Below the pieces are notes generated by a model. That model had not been told where the DNA came from, made no database searches, and was given only the letters and a program-made list of their open reading frames with translations. Source: Mobula hypostoma (Eukaryota). From it: a DNA stretch of 64,000 nt. A program made the position numbers and the translations under genes. This document shows positions 11,686 to 24,360 of the stretch, in pieces. Each line of letters begins with the position of its first letter. Within the stretch, counting starts at the first letter, position 1. Location of the stretch: contig NC_086097.1 in the NCBI RefSeq assembly GCF_963921235.1, positions 14,508,001-14,572,000 on the forward strand. The letters are read 5' to 3'.

Positions 11686-12289
11686 AACACACAGACACTG
11701 CCTGATGCCCTGGTATTCTTTACAGAATATTACAAAACATTAGACAGGCACACACAAAATGTATAGGTAGTGAAAGAGTAATCGTGCTTCCCCCAGCATT
11801 ACTTAACTCTTCTGACTTCTGTCTCTCTACCCACTCTACAATACAGCTCTACTAAAGGGAGACAAAGATTCAGGAAACGTCTCTCTGACCCTTCAGACAA
11901 ATAAAACCAGCTCCGGATGAACGAGTTGTTTTCCAACAAACAAGAAAATGAGCATCATGTGGTCCCATCATCTCAACGTGCAAATCTCCGGAGGGACATG
12001 AAACATAAAGCAGTTCCCACTGGACAGCAAACAAGCTGGGGTGGCACATGTTTTGAAGATATAACTGACCTAACCTTAACCCAGTCAACTATAGATTCAC
12101 TTACCCTCACTAATTAAATCAACTTGGAAAAAACAGTCTGAAAAACATCCTTGCCAACAGGTGTCAATGGAACGGGAGCTTGGGATGGCCAAGGTTTCGG
12201 AAGAAATAGTTATCCTTACACTGGCTTTGTAAAATCCCACTACACGTTTCATCTGGACAAACTATAGGTAGTGAAAAGCCTACACTGAA

Positions 12290-12540
12290 TACAAAGTGGT
12301 TAAGTTACTGGATCAGTAACCAGGGACATGAACTGGAGATCCTAACATGTTAAGTATGAACCCCAGAACTGCAAAAGAGGAATTCAAATAATTAAATAAA
12401 TCTTAGGGAGATTTCAAAAAACTTGTATCTATACTGATTACTGGGTTGTCAAAAGAACCTATCTGATATACTAATTCCCTTCAGAGAAGGAACTCAGATA
12501 CCCTTATCCAGTTTAGCCTGTAAGTGTGTCACTACTCAAC
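12290..12540 (+). mobile_element. Old tRNA-derived SINE of a second family (decayed)
   Basis: agtggttaagttactggatcagtaacc head and ccttcagagaaggaa...cccttatccagtttagcctg body. Similar relics at about 33310-33640(-), 34290-34560(+) and 47700-48020(-). Confidence 0.45.
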
Positions 12541-12792
12541 TCCACTGTCATCACTCAGTTCTCTTCTCCCCAATCGGGCAGATTATACAAAAGCTTAAAA
12601 GTCTGTGCCACCAGACTCAAGGAAGGTTTCCACCGTAAATAGACTCCTGAACAATGAAATGGACTTGACCTCACAATCTATCTAGTTGTGAACTTGCACT
12701 TTATTATTTACCTCCACTGCACATTTTCTGTAGGTTTTACACTTTATTCTGCTTTTTGTTATTTCTATATCTTATTCTGGCTCAGCTCGCTC

Positions 12793-13080
12793 TGGGGTGG
12801 CACAGTAACATAGTGGTTAGCACAACGCTTTACAGTACAAATGACCAGGGTTCAATTCCCACCACTGTCCGTCAAGAGTTTGTACGTTCTCCCCATAACC
12901 GCATGCGTTCCTCCAGGAGCTTGGGTTTCCTCCCACAGTCCAAAGACGTACCGTTTAGTAGGTTAGTTGGTCAATGTAAATTGTTCTGTGATTAGACTCT
13001 GGTTAAATTGGAGGTCGCTAGCCTTGCAGCTCAAAGGGCCGAGGGGCCTGTTCTGCACTGTATCTCAATAAATAAATAAA
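12793..13080 (+). mobile_element. Full-length tRNA-derived V-SINE (HE1-like)
   Basis: Pol III A box (taacatagtggttagc), B box (ggttcaattcc), V-domain gtacgttctcccc...ggtttcctcccacagtccaaagacgtac, CR1-like tail and (aata)n end. Confidence 0.9.
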
Positions 13081-14384
13081 TTGATCCTTTAAAGGGGACT
13101 GGTGGGCATTCGGAAGTTAGGGGAGAGACATGAGGCTGCAGTGCTATATTGAGAACTAACCCAGGAATCTGAGCAAAGGGGTCTTCCTTGCACCAACACA
13201 CAGCCATTCAGCTCCTTGAACCTCTTCCACCATTTCATTATAAAGGTGGCCCTTATGTTAGAGGAGGGGTTACTTTCATAGAGATTCCAGGTAACATGAA
13301 GCCACGTTATGAAAAACAGCTGAAAAAACTGAACTGGTACATTATTTTTTCCCAGGCAGATTTTGCAAGAGTGAAATTTATTCCATTTGTCAAAGTTTCG
13401 ATGAGTGATTTGTGTGTTCTGTAAGAGCGCATTTCTGTAACTTGAATGGCCATAATGCAGGTGCCATCAGTATACATTGAGTCTATCTACTCACACCTCT
13501 TGCTCAATGTACTGTGAAATGATTTGATCTGAATAAGCAGACAAGCTTTTCTCTGGATATTGGTACATGTGATAATAATCAATCAATAAACCAACTCCAA
13601 TCAATACAAGGTTTGAGATTTCCAACCTATCTCCACCCACCCACAACATTTTGGGGAAAGCAATTCCAAAATTCTACGGTACTTGGGCATCCAACTGAAC
13701 AGCTATCCTCTGAACATGAGCAGATGACCTGCTGGCTTCTGATCTACATGTTCGAGATTCAAGATACAAAATTGTTCATTGTCATTCATGAGCAAGAAGA
13801 GAACAAAATGATTGTTACTCTGGATCTGATGCAGCGTAAAAAAAAATCACAATAAGCACAAAGAACACAATGGAAAAAACAAAAAAACACAAAAAAATAT
13901 GTTCAGTTAGGTATCAGGGATAATGGTAAGACACAAGGGAAGAAGTACACATATTGAAACATGGTGCATCAAGCAAATAAAGCATCAAACACTAGGAATT
14001 AAAGAGAAAAACAATGACATCATGTTTACCTAATGAATGACACGGGAAGGGTTCTGGGAGTGACATGCATAACTGTAATCAGTTGTTGCAAAGCAGCGAT
14101 GAAGAAAACAGGCTTCAGAGCCACTCTGCCGATCAGCAGAGCACCAGCCTGTGGTGTCACTACTCTCGTCAAACTGCACTTCCATCAGTGCTTTCACCAC
14201 TTAATGCACCAATGGCAGGGTCCAGTGCCACATGGCTGACCATGTGTCCTCAGAACGATCAATGTAAAAACTTCAACAAAACCCCACCCTGAAAGGGAAG
14301 ATCACAGAGGAGTACAAGTTTGTATGCAGATTGGAAGATCACCATTCAATGTTATAACCTTGGCTACGGGGAGGAGCAGTTTAG

Positions 14385-14739
14385 GGTAGTGGTGAATATT
14401 GGTGGCTCGGGCTGAGGTGTCTGATGTTGTGGTGTTCGCCGAGCTTGGCAATTAGCTTGCAGACGTTTCATCACCAGTCGAGGACATCCCCAGTGTGCAC
14501 TTGTTGGTGTTTCTGTCATGCAATAGACGCCATCTACAAACCCCGAAGAGCCAAAGAAATGCAAGCCAGTAGAATTCAAAGGTCAACTGAAAGGGTAATT
14601 AATCAAAACCGAGGCAAGTGAGCAGGGATCTATATAAACACGGGAAACACCAACAACTGTGTACTGAGGATGTCACCTTGATTGGTGATGAAACGTCTGC
14701 AAGCTAATTGCCAAGCTCAGGGAACACCACAACATCAAA
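14385..14739. mobile_element. Palindromic Penelope-like element with two hammerheads, copy B (opposite orientation, internally deleted)
   Basis: 14385-14513 is the reverse complement of about 1767-1885. 14644-14739 is the inverted partner of 14423-14513. The spacer shares gaagagccaaagaaatg and agaattcaaaggtcaactgaa with copy A. Confidence 0.85.
14660..14701 (+). ncRNA. Minimal type I hammerhead ribozyme (family 2), core intact
   Basis: Stem I tgta/tgca; CTGAGGA at 14664-14670; one extra t; stem II gtcacc-ttgatt-ggtgat; GAAA at 14690-14693; ACGT palindrome. Predicted cleavage after C14697. Confidence 0.8.
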
Positions 14740-15034
14740 CTGGGAACGGAGATAGGAATTTGGGAAGTCCTTCTGCCTGAAACTTCACAGCTCCTAAAAG
14801 GGATGCAGACAGCTGTACTGGTGAGGCTGTGCATTACTTTGGAGTTCAGAGGGCTGGGAGTTAACCCTCATCTCTTCAGCTCTGAGTTTGAACACTGTGC
14901 TGCTCATGCCTTAGTCTAGAGTGGAAGCACATTCACAAGGCCACAGCCTGGGCTACCCCTGGTAACAACTCTCATATGTATGTGCAGTCGATGATAAAGA
15001 TGTCCCACTGTCTTTAACAACGAAAAGGGAGCCT

Positions 15035-16030
15035 TTTCTGGTTAGATGCCGGTGACTAGTGGTGTTCTGCAGGAGTTGGGGTGGGACCACTTCTTTACAC
15101 ATATACGTTAATGATTTGGATGACGGAATTGTACAAGTTTATGGCCAAGTTTACAGACGATACAAAAATTGGTAGAGAGGCAGGTAGTATTGAGGAAGCA
15201 GGGAGTCTGCAGAAGGACAGATTGGAAAAATAGGCAAAGAATTGGCAAATGGAATACAGTGTAGGGAAGTGTATGGTCATGCACTTTGGTAGAAGGAATA
15301 AAGGCATGGACTATTTTCTACATGCCGAAAAATTTCAAAAATCAGAGGTATAAAGGCTCTCGGGAGTATTTGTTCAGGATTCCCTAAAGGTTAACTTGTA
15401 GGTTGAGTCGGTGGTAAGTAACGCAAATACAATGTTAGCATTCATTTTGAGAGGACTAGAATATAAAAATCAGGATGAGGCTTTATGAGGCATTGGTCAG
15501 ACCCCAGTTGGAGTATTGTGAACAGTTTTGGCCCCTTATCTAAGAAAAGACGTGCAGGCATTGGAGACGGTCCAGAGGAGGTTCACAAGAATGATCCCAG
15601 GACTGAAAAGGTTAACATATGAGCAGCATTTGATGGGTCTTAGTCTGTATTTGCTGGAGTTTAGAAGAATGAGGGGGGAATCTTTAAAGACCAAGATAGC
15701 GAGAATGTGAAAAGGATGTTTCCCTTGCTGGGGGAGTCTAGGACCAGAGGCCACAGCCTCAGCATAGACGGATATCCCTTTAGAACAGAGATGAGGAGGA
15801 ACATCTTTATCTAGAAGGTGGTGAATCTATGGAATTCATTGCAATATACGCTGTGGAGGCCAAGTCATTGGGTACATTTAAAGTGGAGGTTAATAGATTC
15901 TTGATTAGTGAAGACACCGAAGGTAACAGGGAGTAGGCAGGAGATTGGGGTTGACAGGTTTAATAAATTAGTCATGATGGAATAGCGAAGACTCGATGGC
16001 CAGAGATTCTTAATTCCGTTCCAGTGTCTT
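15035..16030 (+). mobile_element. CR1-like LINE, about 1 kb of decayed RT and 3' end
   Basis: VTSGV.Q..., YVNDLD, KFTDDTKIG, WQMEYSVGKCMVMHFGRRN and ORF 15528 APYLRKDVQALETVQRRFTRMIPGLK; many stops and indels. Confidence 0.92.
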
Positions 16031-17954
16031 GATGGAACTAAAATTTGACATTGAACCAGTAATGGAGATGATCAAAACCTTGGTCAAAGAGTCAGGATTT
16101 AAGGAGCAACTTAATGAAGGAAAAATAAATTATACATAATTTCAGCAGTTGTAAAAAGTGGCTTTCAACAAATAAGGATAAGCAAAAGGCCGGAATAAGA
16201 GGAACACAGATATCCCTGAGGTTTACAGCTATCCTCAGATTATAAACATCGACTTACAGATACCAATCTCAACGAGCTCCGATATTATTAAATTTATAAT
16301 TCCAATGTACCTACGTACGTTTGTGGCAACAACATGCAGAACTAGTTTCCGCTTTCTCTCAGTCTCGGCCCAAAAAGTCAGCTGCTTACAGTATTCCTCT
16401 CTAGAGACGCTGCCTGACCTGCTGGGTCCTTCTGTCCATCAGGCTTCTGAACCAGTGTGGATAACTTCACTCACTCACCTCAAAACTGAACTGATTCCAC
16501 CTTCAGACTCACGACAAGGACTCTACAACTCATATTCTGAGTATATACTCTACATAATAAATAGTTCTTCAAAAACTATTTTCCTGTAAATGCCTGCAAG
16601 AAAATGAATCACCAGGTAGTATATGATGACATATAGATACTTCGATAATAAATTGACTTTGATTTCTGAGGACAGAGTGCATGGGAAGATGCATGAAGCT
16701 ACACAGCAGTATTTGTGTAACTGGCTCCTCAGGCTGGCACCTCAAACCATCTATAACCACCCTGAATTCATTTTGTGCATTCTTGCTGCTTCCTTTCCCT
16801 CCCACCCTGCCAACTGGTTAAGTCGGTAACCAAAGGTCATTCCGCAGTCTTAATTTCCTCTCGGTCAAACAAAAAAATGTCGACAACCCGTGAAGGCACT
16901 CATCAGTTTAATGGCAAACAGTAAAGGACTTATGCTCAATTATCATTGGAGGTTTTTTTTCCACCAGAGTCTGTGCTATCTCACCAGATAATTTGCTGAC
17001 ACTTAAACAGCTTTAATCAGTGAAGTCAGTTCCTGAGGAAAGATATCGTCACTCTCACTTAACCTCTGAAAGCTTCTCGGCAATTTACTAACAGTTAAAA
17101 ATCAACGCTGGCAAGGCCACAAGGAAGTGCTCCATCTGGCATTCAAATCTAAAATCACTTGGGACCTCTCACCAAGGTTAGCCTTCCTTGGAAGTCACAC
17201 CCAGTTTCAATTTGACCCCCAGTCATTCCTACATAGAACATAGAGGCTTCTACAAAGGCCAAACTGTGTGTCAACCCACAATAGGAGTCTATGTCTGAAA
17301 CAGGTCCAAAGTCAACACTTACTCAAAGGTGCCTTTTATGGTTCATAAGTTCTGATTTACATTTCCAAGCCCCTTCTATAACTGAAAGCCTCAAAATGAT
17401 AAAAATTCAAAATGTCGCTCAAAAAGGTAATGGCCAGACTTGCCCTGCAAACAACCTACAACCAATCGGCGCAACCACTCGATCCCTCTTCTGTGCTGAG
17501 GTGACAAGCTTTTTTAAGAAGACAGTACCCTCTGTTTGGACATCATAAAGCAAACCTCACATCAAGGACATGATAGTAACATTGAAATGTGAAAGGGTCT
17601 GAGGGTGTTTGACATAGTAGATGTTGCAGATGACCATCTTCCCTTACGTAGTATGTCCAAGACTATGTGGCATCATTTCAGAATAAGGTGCCATCTGCTT
17701 AAGGAGGGACTTCTTTATTCTGAGGGAAAACTCTCAACTCCATCGAAACATAGAAATGAGGTCCGCGATAAAGACAGGTCAAGACAGATAGTTGGACCAG
17801 GAGAACAAAGGGTTTGGGGCACAGGTATATGGATAAAGTGGAGATCAAGTTCAGCACAGCAGATGCTACATGGCTAATTCTGGTTTCTCACGTCCTTGGG
17901 GCAATATTTTTCTGGCACCAGAGAGGCCGATTTTTAAATGAAATACGAAACATA

Positions 17955-18088
17955 AACATGAAAAAGTCTACAGATGATGGAAATCCAGAGCAACACACAC
18001 TAAGTGCCAGAGGAACTCAGAAGGTCAGGCAGAATCTATGGAAATGAATAGATAGTCAGCGTATTAGGACAAGACCCTTCTTCAGAAG
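17955..18088 (-). mobile_element. Penelope-like terminus fragment (family 1, decayed hammerhead)
   Basis: cagatgatggaaatccagagcaacacacac...aggaactcagaaggtcaggcag...aagacccttcttcag. Confidence 0.75.
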
Positions 18089-18229
18089 ATCCTAAGTACT
18101 TGGACAGACATGAAAGATCTATGGCATTGTTTTCAGGAGCTGCACTAGTGTTCTACAAAACTGGTTACTCTTCAGTCAACACTATAAAGCAGAATAACAT
18201 TTTGCTGTGTGCAGGATCTTCTCACATGC

Positions 18230-18620
18230 AAAGAGGCTGATACATGGGTTTGTTTTCTCTGGAGACAAGGAGGCTCCTTGGTGACCTGAGAGAGGTATTT
18301 AAAATTACAAAAGGCATAATTCAGGTTGATGATCAAAATCTATTTCCCGTGATAAAGATTTCAAAAACAAGAAGGTATAAGTTAAAGGTGAGTGGAAGGA
18401 GTTTTAAAGGGATTTTTTTTCAAGTTAGAGATTAGTTAAATTCTGGAATCCACTGCCCAAGGAAGTGGTGGAGTCAAATAAAATGACTATGTCTAACGGA
18501 CAGGCATTTGACCAGGCAAGGAATAGAAGGATGCTGACTTTGCAGAGGTAAATGTGATTAGTGTAGAGGTTGGCATGGACGTTGCGGGCTGAAGGACTTA
18601 TTTCTGTTTTGTACAATTCT
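18230..18620 (+). mobile_element. CR1-like LINE 3' fragment
   Basis: ORF 18244 MGLFSLETRRLLGDLREVFKITKG; 3' motif gggctgaaggacttatttctgt. Confidence 0.85.
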
Positions 18621-20197
18621 GAGTCCTTTGGCTATTGTTCTGCTTTGGGAAGTCCTGGCACCAGGAAAGGCCCTACATGAATGCACAACTGCACCTTGGA
18701 ATTACCGGCAAGAGAACTTTCTTTATTGGCACAAAATAATGGGAAGAAGGTGAGAGGACGCATAAGAAGTGCCCTGGGGCCAGTACCTGATTAGCAGCAT
18801 AAAGCAAAATGGAGTCCCTCGAAGCTTTTACATCACAATGTCATTATCAGCAGAGCAGAAGAATGCTTACAGCTTGTTGCTTGCTTGTGTTGCCTCGATA
18901 TTGGTTTTACCATTGGTTTTCTTAACCCTGAGCCCAAAGCTTCAAATTTATATGACACCAAATCATCCACTCTGTTACCTCACTGCACCCACCACAATGT
19001 GCATGGCTGCCATATCTGCCAATATTGTCATCCTTCCTCCCTCATTAGGAACAGTTCTTTTGGTGATGGTTTAAAAAAAACTGTACTCGAAACTCCTTGT
19101 CGTGAATCTGTCATCTACTCCCATGAAGAAAGACAAATCCCTGAATTAACAAGTCATCTGGGGGGTGCCTCTGACAAAACAGAACTCCTTCCACCTCACG
19201 CTGTGGTGTTAACCAAGACTCTGTGCTCCACAGTTGGAGGTAGCTTCAGAAATGTTATTGCTGCTATATCACTCCCTTCACGTGGGGAGACAGCAGATCC
19301 CACTGAAGTATTTTGAAAACTCAAGTCACCAAGTGAGGAACTCAACCTGCAGTGTTCTGACTTAGAGGTACGAGGACCACCAAGTGTGCACAGCTGAAGA
19401 GGCAAATTCCTGTAGATGAACGAGAGGGAGGTATGGTGGGGGTGGGCAGAAAGAGCTAAGATAGACCAGGCAGGGGTAGAAATTCACCCAAGATTGGGTC
19501 ACTTTTATGCTGTTTGTATGGACTGCTTGGGGGGGAAAAAAATCAAGCAATTTATTCCTTGCCGCACCCAGCCCATCTCAGCAGAAACATTTTCTGCTGC
19601 CTACGTCCGGAAGACAAAAATTGCAGATTGAATTATCTTTAAATGATATCCATTTTATTGTGTCACTTGACAGCAGCCGGGTCTGAGTTAACATGTTCTG
19701 TGTGAGTGAGGTTGCGAACTCAAGCTGTGTTAAATTGACCTGACAATTCTGCGAGATAGCTCTGTTATTTAGCCCTGCAGTTCATTAGTTTAAATCTGCC
19801 ACTTGCTGTTGGCAGGCTCTAATTTCACACCTCGTCTTACTGACGTTGCATTCATTGCGGTAATAATCAAACAATTTCCACCCCCCTCATCTCTTCCTTG
19901 TGGAAAGCGTTGGATAATAATGACAGGAGGAAAAGCTGACTTAATATCAACATCAAACAAGATGCTTGCGCTATTGTTTTTTTTGGAATGGGTGACCACT
20001 TTATTTGTTGTTATTCATCGTTAGTAAAAGTCTCCAAAGGGTCAGAAAAAAGTCTAAAAGCGCCTGTCTCCAAACTCTTGGGATCTGTGACAAAATGCCC
20101 ATTTAATTTGCAATATGTAAGCATTTAAAGGCAAATCATTTCTTGTGAATGGATTTTCAACAGAGGTAAAACTTTAGCGAACGCTATTTATACAATG

Positions 20198-20712
20198 TGG
20201 GGTGCCACGGTAACGTAGAGGTTAGTGTCACGCTATCACAGTTTGGGGATTGGAATTTGGAGTTCAATTCTGGCTGTCCCTTGTAAGAAAGTTTGTACAT
20301 TTTCTCTGGGAACCAAGTGGGTTTGCTCCGGTTTCAAAGGTTCAAAGATTCATAGTACATTTATTATCAAAGTATTTATGCAGTATACAACCCAGGGATT
20401 CATCTTTCCCACAGACAGCCACGAGACAAAGAAAAATATCAACCCCCCCTCCACCCCCACCAGATGCAAATGGCAACAACAAAGAAAGAGTGAAAAACAC
20501 AGAATATAAAACCCGAAACTGGAAGAGTCCAGGCATATTCAGTTCAGCACCGTGTTTGTTATCTGCAGGCCACCCCAGTTTCCTCTCATAGTCCAGATGT
20601 ACTAACTAGTAGGTTAATTGGTCATTGTAAATTGTCCTGTGAATAAGCTAGGGGGTCAAGTGAGTGGTTGCCGGAAGGGCCTGTCCATTCTGTATCTCCA
20701 AACAATAAACAT
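20198..20712 (+). mobile_element. V-SINE interrupted by a minus-strand insertion (20336-20574)
   Basis: SINE head at 20198-20335 resumes at 20575; ccggtttc / ccagtttc flank the insert. Confidence 0.75.
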
Positions 20713-20854
20713 AAAAGTAAACAATCTGCTGGAGGAACTCAGCAGTTCAAGCAACATTTGTGGGATGAAAAGAATGGTTGACATTTCAGGTCAAAAGCCT
20801 GCATCAGGTTATTTCTGCACAGAGGGAAAAGATTCTTCTCTGGAAATATACAAA

Positions 20855-21168
20855 TTTAATTTTTATTTCATTTATGTATTTAGTGATACATCGCACTGTA
20901 CACCCTACTAGCCCTTCGAGCCGCGTGGCCCAGCAATCCCCAACAAACCCGATAAAATCCTAGCCTAAATCATGGGACGACTTAGAATAGACCAATTAAC
21001 CTGCCCAGTACGTCTTTGAACTGTGGGAGGAAAGCAGAAGACTCAGAAAACCTGCGCATTCCACAGGGAGGACGTACAGAGAGTCCTTACAGAGGATGCC
21101 GGGATTGAACACCAATGCCCCCGAGCTGCAATAGCGTTGCGCAAATCGCTACACCACCGTGGCACCCC
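20855..21168 (-). mobile_element. Full-length V-SINE
   Basis: Reverse complement of the family sequence (gtacgtctttgaactgtgggaggaaa...gggattgaac...ctacaccaccgtggcacccc). Confidence 0.85.
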
Positions 21169-23445
21169 ACCGATTCTCCAGATCAGGGCCAGCTGACAAC
21201 CCTTCTTGCAACATTCAGTCAGTTTTGCAATATTCAATGTGCCACATTTAATTTCTAACTTTTCAACCAGTTCCTTCTAAACAAAAACCGCAGACCAAGC
21301 AGGGTTTCACCATGTGTTAGTTAATCGTCATGGGTACTACACTTGCCATATATAATCTGGTAGATCCTATTTGCCCTGTCAGATGCCATTTACTCCCTCA
21401 CACCCCATCATGAATCACTTTATCTTTCTAACAAAAAAAATAAAGAGAAATAAAATTGTTTTCTTCCTTGAAGTCACGTTAAGTTTTTTTTACCCAGATT
21501 GGCTCACAGCAGAGTCCTGGAGATTAATTTATGGTTCTTCAAGTGGAGTTCCCAGAGGGTTGGCAACACTTGACTAGCATAACTAGGCTGTGGCCAAGTT
21601 TAGATTATGACATGGTCTATTAGTCTGGCTGTATCAATTTTTATTCCAATTTGTCTAGCTTGTTTGCACCAGCAATCCCTCAGCATGAACATCGCTCTCA
21701 AACCCCATGAGTTCGACCCCCATGCACTTGAAATTCAGAGACAATCTCATCAAAGCAAATGACTGTTCATTGACATCCAGCCTAAGCACAGAAAACAGGC
21801 CTCTTCCAAAAATATTACATACTGTACCTCCAGAATTTCCCATTAAATCTTCAAGCATTTCCCCCTGTATATTTAATCCAATACAGAGAGAGAAACAAAA
21901 TATTAAGTTTTAAGTTTATTCATAACTCTGGGTAGAAATATTTCTGAACACATTTTAGATCTCTGGTTTAATGGTACACAGCATGAGAGAGAAAAAGAAT
22001 TGTATTATTTCTGAAGTTGTAATGTGAAGCAATTTCCTATTATACAATTCTGCCAAGCACGTGTTACTAGAGATTTAGCGTAAATATAGCACCTTGCTAA
22101 TTAGATTTTCTCTGAAAGTCTGCGTATCTTTCCTCAACCTCAGTGAAAGTGATTAGTGTGGTTTCATGGTAAATGGAATCTATCTGGGAAGAAATTGATC
22201 CTAAGAGGAGATAATCCTCTGATTCTCTGTCGTATCAATACGAGCCAACACGGAGGAACTGTTTTGTTTGAGTGTGTGTGTGTGTAAGTGTCAGATCCCA
22301 GATAAATGGTACCTGGTATCAGTTCATCTCCAATATTTACTGAGTGATTTATATAGTTATCAGACAGAGGAATTGGGAAACAGCTGCTTTCTATCGGTGT
22401 GCTCACTGTACCAGCGCAGTCCTGTTATCAAAAGCACATTCCTAATCAACAAGCATCTGTTCCTCGTTTTCATTTACAGACATGTTGTTATTTATGCATT
22501 AATCTTCACCTCTAGCAGAAATACAGCTTCATGGCAGCAAGCCTCGACAGATAGAGATGTACCAACGCCTTGAGGACAGAATTAATGACCCTCACCCCTC
22601 CTATAAAGTCGAGGCACACACCCCCATATTAAAAGCCAGCCTTCTCTTTTAAGTCAATTTTATTTTTCTCTAAAAAACGTACAACCCTCCAACCTTGTCT
22701 CTATTAATTCTAAGGAAGCCTGTTTTGGTCGGAGTTGAGTGCATGAGGGGACATTTTCACTTTTAAAACAAATCTTTGCTGTCCACGCACACAATGCACC
22801 CTTAAGCAACAGATTAATGACCCTATTCTCACCTTTACAAATGCTAATCCTTCACTGTTCAACTTAAATGCCTCTGTTTAACGCCTCAACAGTTCACTAA
22901 ACACTGAAGTCTAACCAGTGTAAATGTCATATTCTGCCAACTCACCCTTCACGATCTTAAATTAGATTGAAAACTCGACACAGGGGTTAAATGGTTTCAA
23001 TTTATAGGGCAGAGAGAGAACCAAAGTCTAGCATGGAAACATTCACTTAAGTGTACAAACCAAGTAAATTTTAGGTCCTTGTGGTTAAATGAGGTTGCCC
23101 ATATCTCTATATACTGTTAGCTATTCATCCAGAAATGTTGTTGGAACACCGGAAGGGGTGTGAGCCATTATTCACTGGGGACTCACTCTGCATCCACATG
23201 TACAATAACCATCAATGCAGAAAGGCGACAGTAACAATGGTAAATGAACAAGTTAAATAGAAAGCTTCAGACAAGCAAGAGAAGGCTGCATCCATCTTGC
23301 CTGACCTACAGGAATCCATTACCCTGCAGTTTACTGGCCAGTATAATATTGAATAAATATGGGCTGTTTTCTCTGGAACATCTGAGGCTGAGGAGAGACC
23401 CAGTAGAAGTTTACGAAAATACAAAAACACATTGATAATGTAGAT

Positions 23446-23870
23446 ACAGGAGATTCGGCAGATGCTGGAAATCCAGAGTAATACACACACAATATTAGAG
23501 GCATTCAGCAGGTCAGGCAGCATCTATAGAAAAGAATTAACGGTTGATGTTTCAGGCTGAGATTCTTCATCAGAACTGGAAAGGAACACCTTCTCATTCT
23601 GGCTTCTTTCACCTTCCTTTCCAGTTCTGGAGAAGGAATCTGATAGGAGAGGAGAGTGGACCGAGGGGAAGGGGAGAAGGATGAGCATCAGTGGGATGTG
23701 AGGCCAGAGCGGGGAACAGAAGTGGGGGGGGAGAGATATTTTTTGCCGGAAGGAGAAATCGATAAATCGATGCTCAGGCCATCAGGAAGGAGGCTACACA
23801 GATGAAATATGAAGTGTTACTCTTCCACCCTGAGAGTGACCTTACCATGGCAGGAGGCGGCCATGGGCCA
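23446..23870 (-). mobile_element. Older Penelope-like fragment: end of GIY-YIG ORF plus hammerhead terminus
   Basis: 23770-23845(-) decodes to KVTLRVEE*HFIFHLCSLLPDGLSID, homologous to 9165-9245; 23446-23580 is the terminus. Confidence 0.8.
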
Positions 23871-23874
23871 ACTT

Positions 23875-24360
23875 CTATTTACTTATTGAGATTGAGCGTG
23901 AAATTGGACCTTCGAGCCACGCTGCCCAACAATCACTGGTTTAACCCTAGCCTAATCACAGGACAATTTACAACAACCAGTTAACCTGTACATCTTTGGG
24001 AGAAAACCAGAGCACTTGGGGGGAACCCCACATGAACACAGAAAGAACAAACAAACTTTCTTACAGATTGTTCTTCCTTTCCGCGCCTCGTGGTGCATTG
24101 GGTGGCAACCTTGCCATTCTTTCGCATTTTGATTGTTTTCAGAGGCCAGGTTGCTAGCTTGATGCTCAACCCAGCACAGATGGAAAGCGTGCAAGGAGCC
24201 AGCAGGATTTGAACCCAGGACCTCTCACCTCGAAGTCCAGTGCAGATGGCACACCAGCGCCAGATGTCTTTTCTTACAGAGGACGCTGGAATTGAACTCC
24301 AAACTCTGATGCCCTGAGTTGCAATAGTGTTACACTAACCGCTACGCTACAGTGGCGTCC
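23875..24360 (-). mobile_element. V-SINE with a nested second tRNA-type SINE (24068-24269)
   Basis: Host SINE is split at tttcttacaga, duplicated at 24057-24067 and 24270-24280. The insert has a minus-strand B box (ggatttgaaccc). Confidence 0.8.

Noticed and set aside
12793..12870. tRNA gene suggested by A and B boxes
   Set aside because: It continues directly into the V-domain and tail, so it is a SINE head. The same applies to the other copies.
22565..22845. Short direct similarity (attaatgaccct) about 230 bp apart
   Set aside because: Too short and diverged to define an element.
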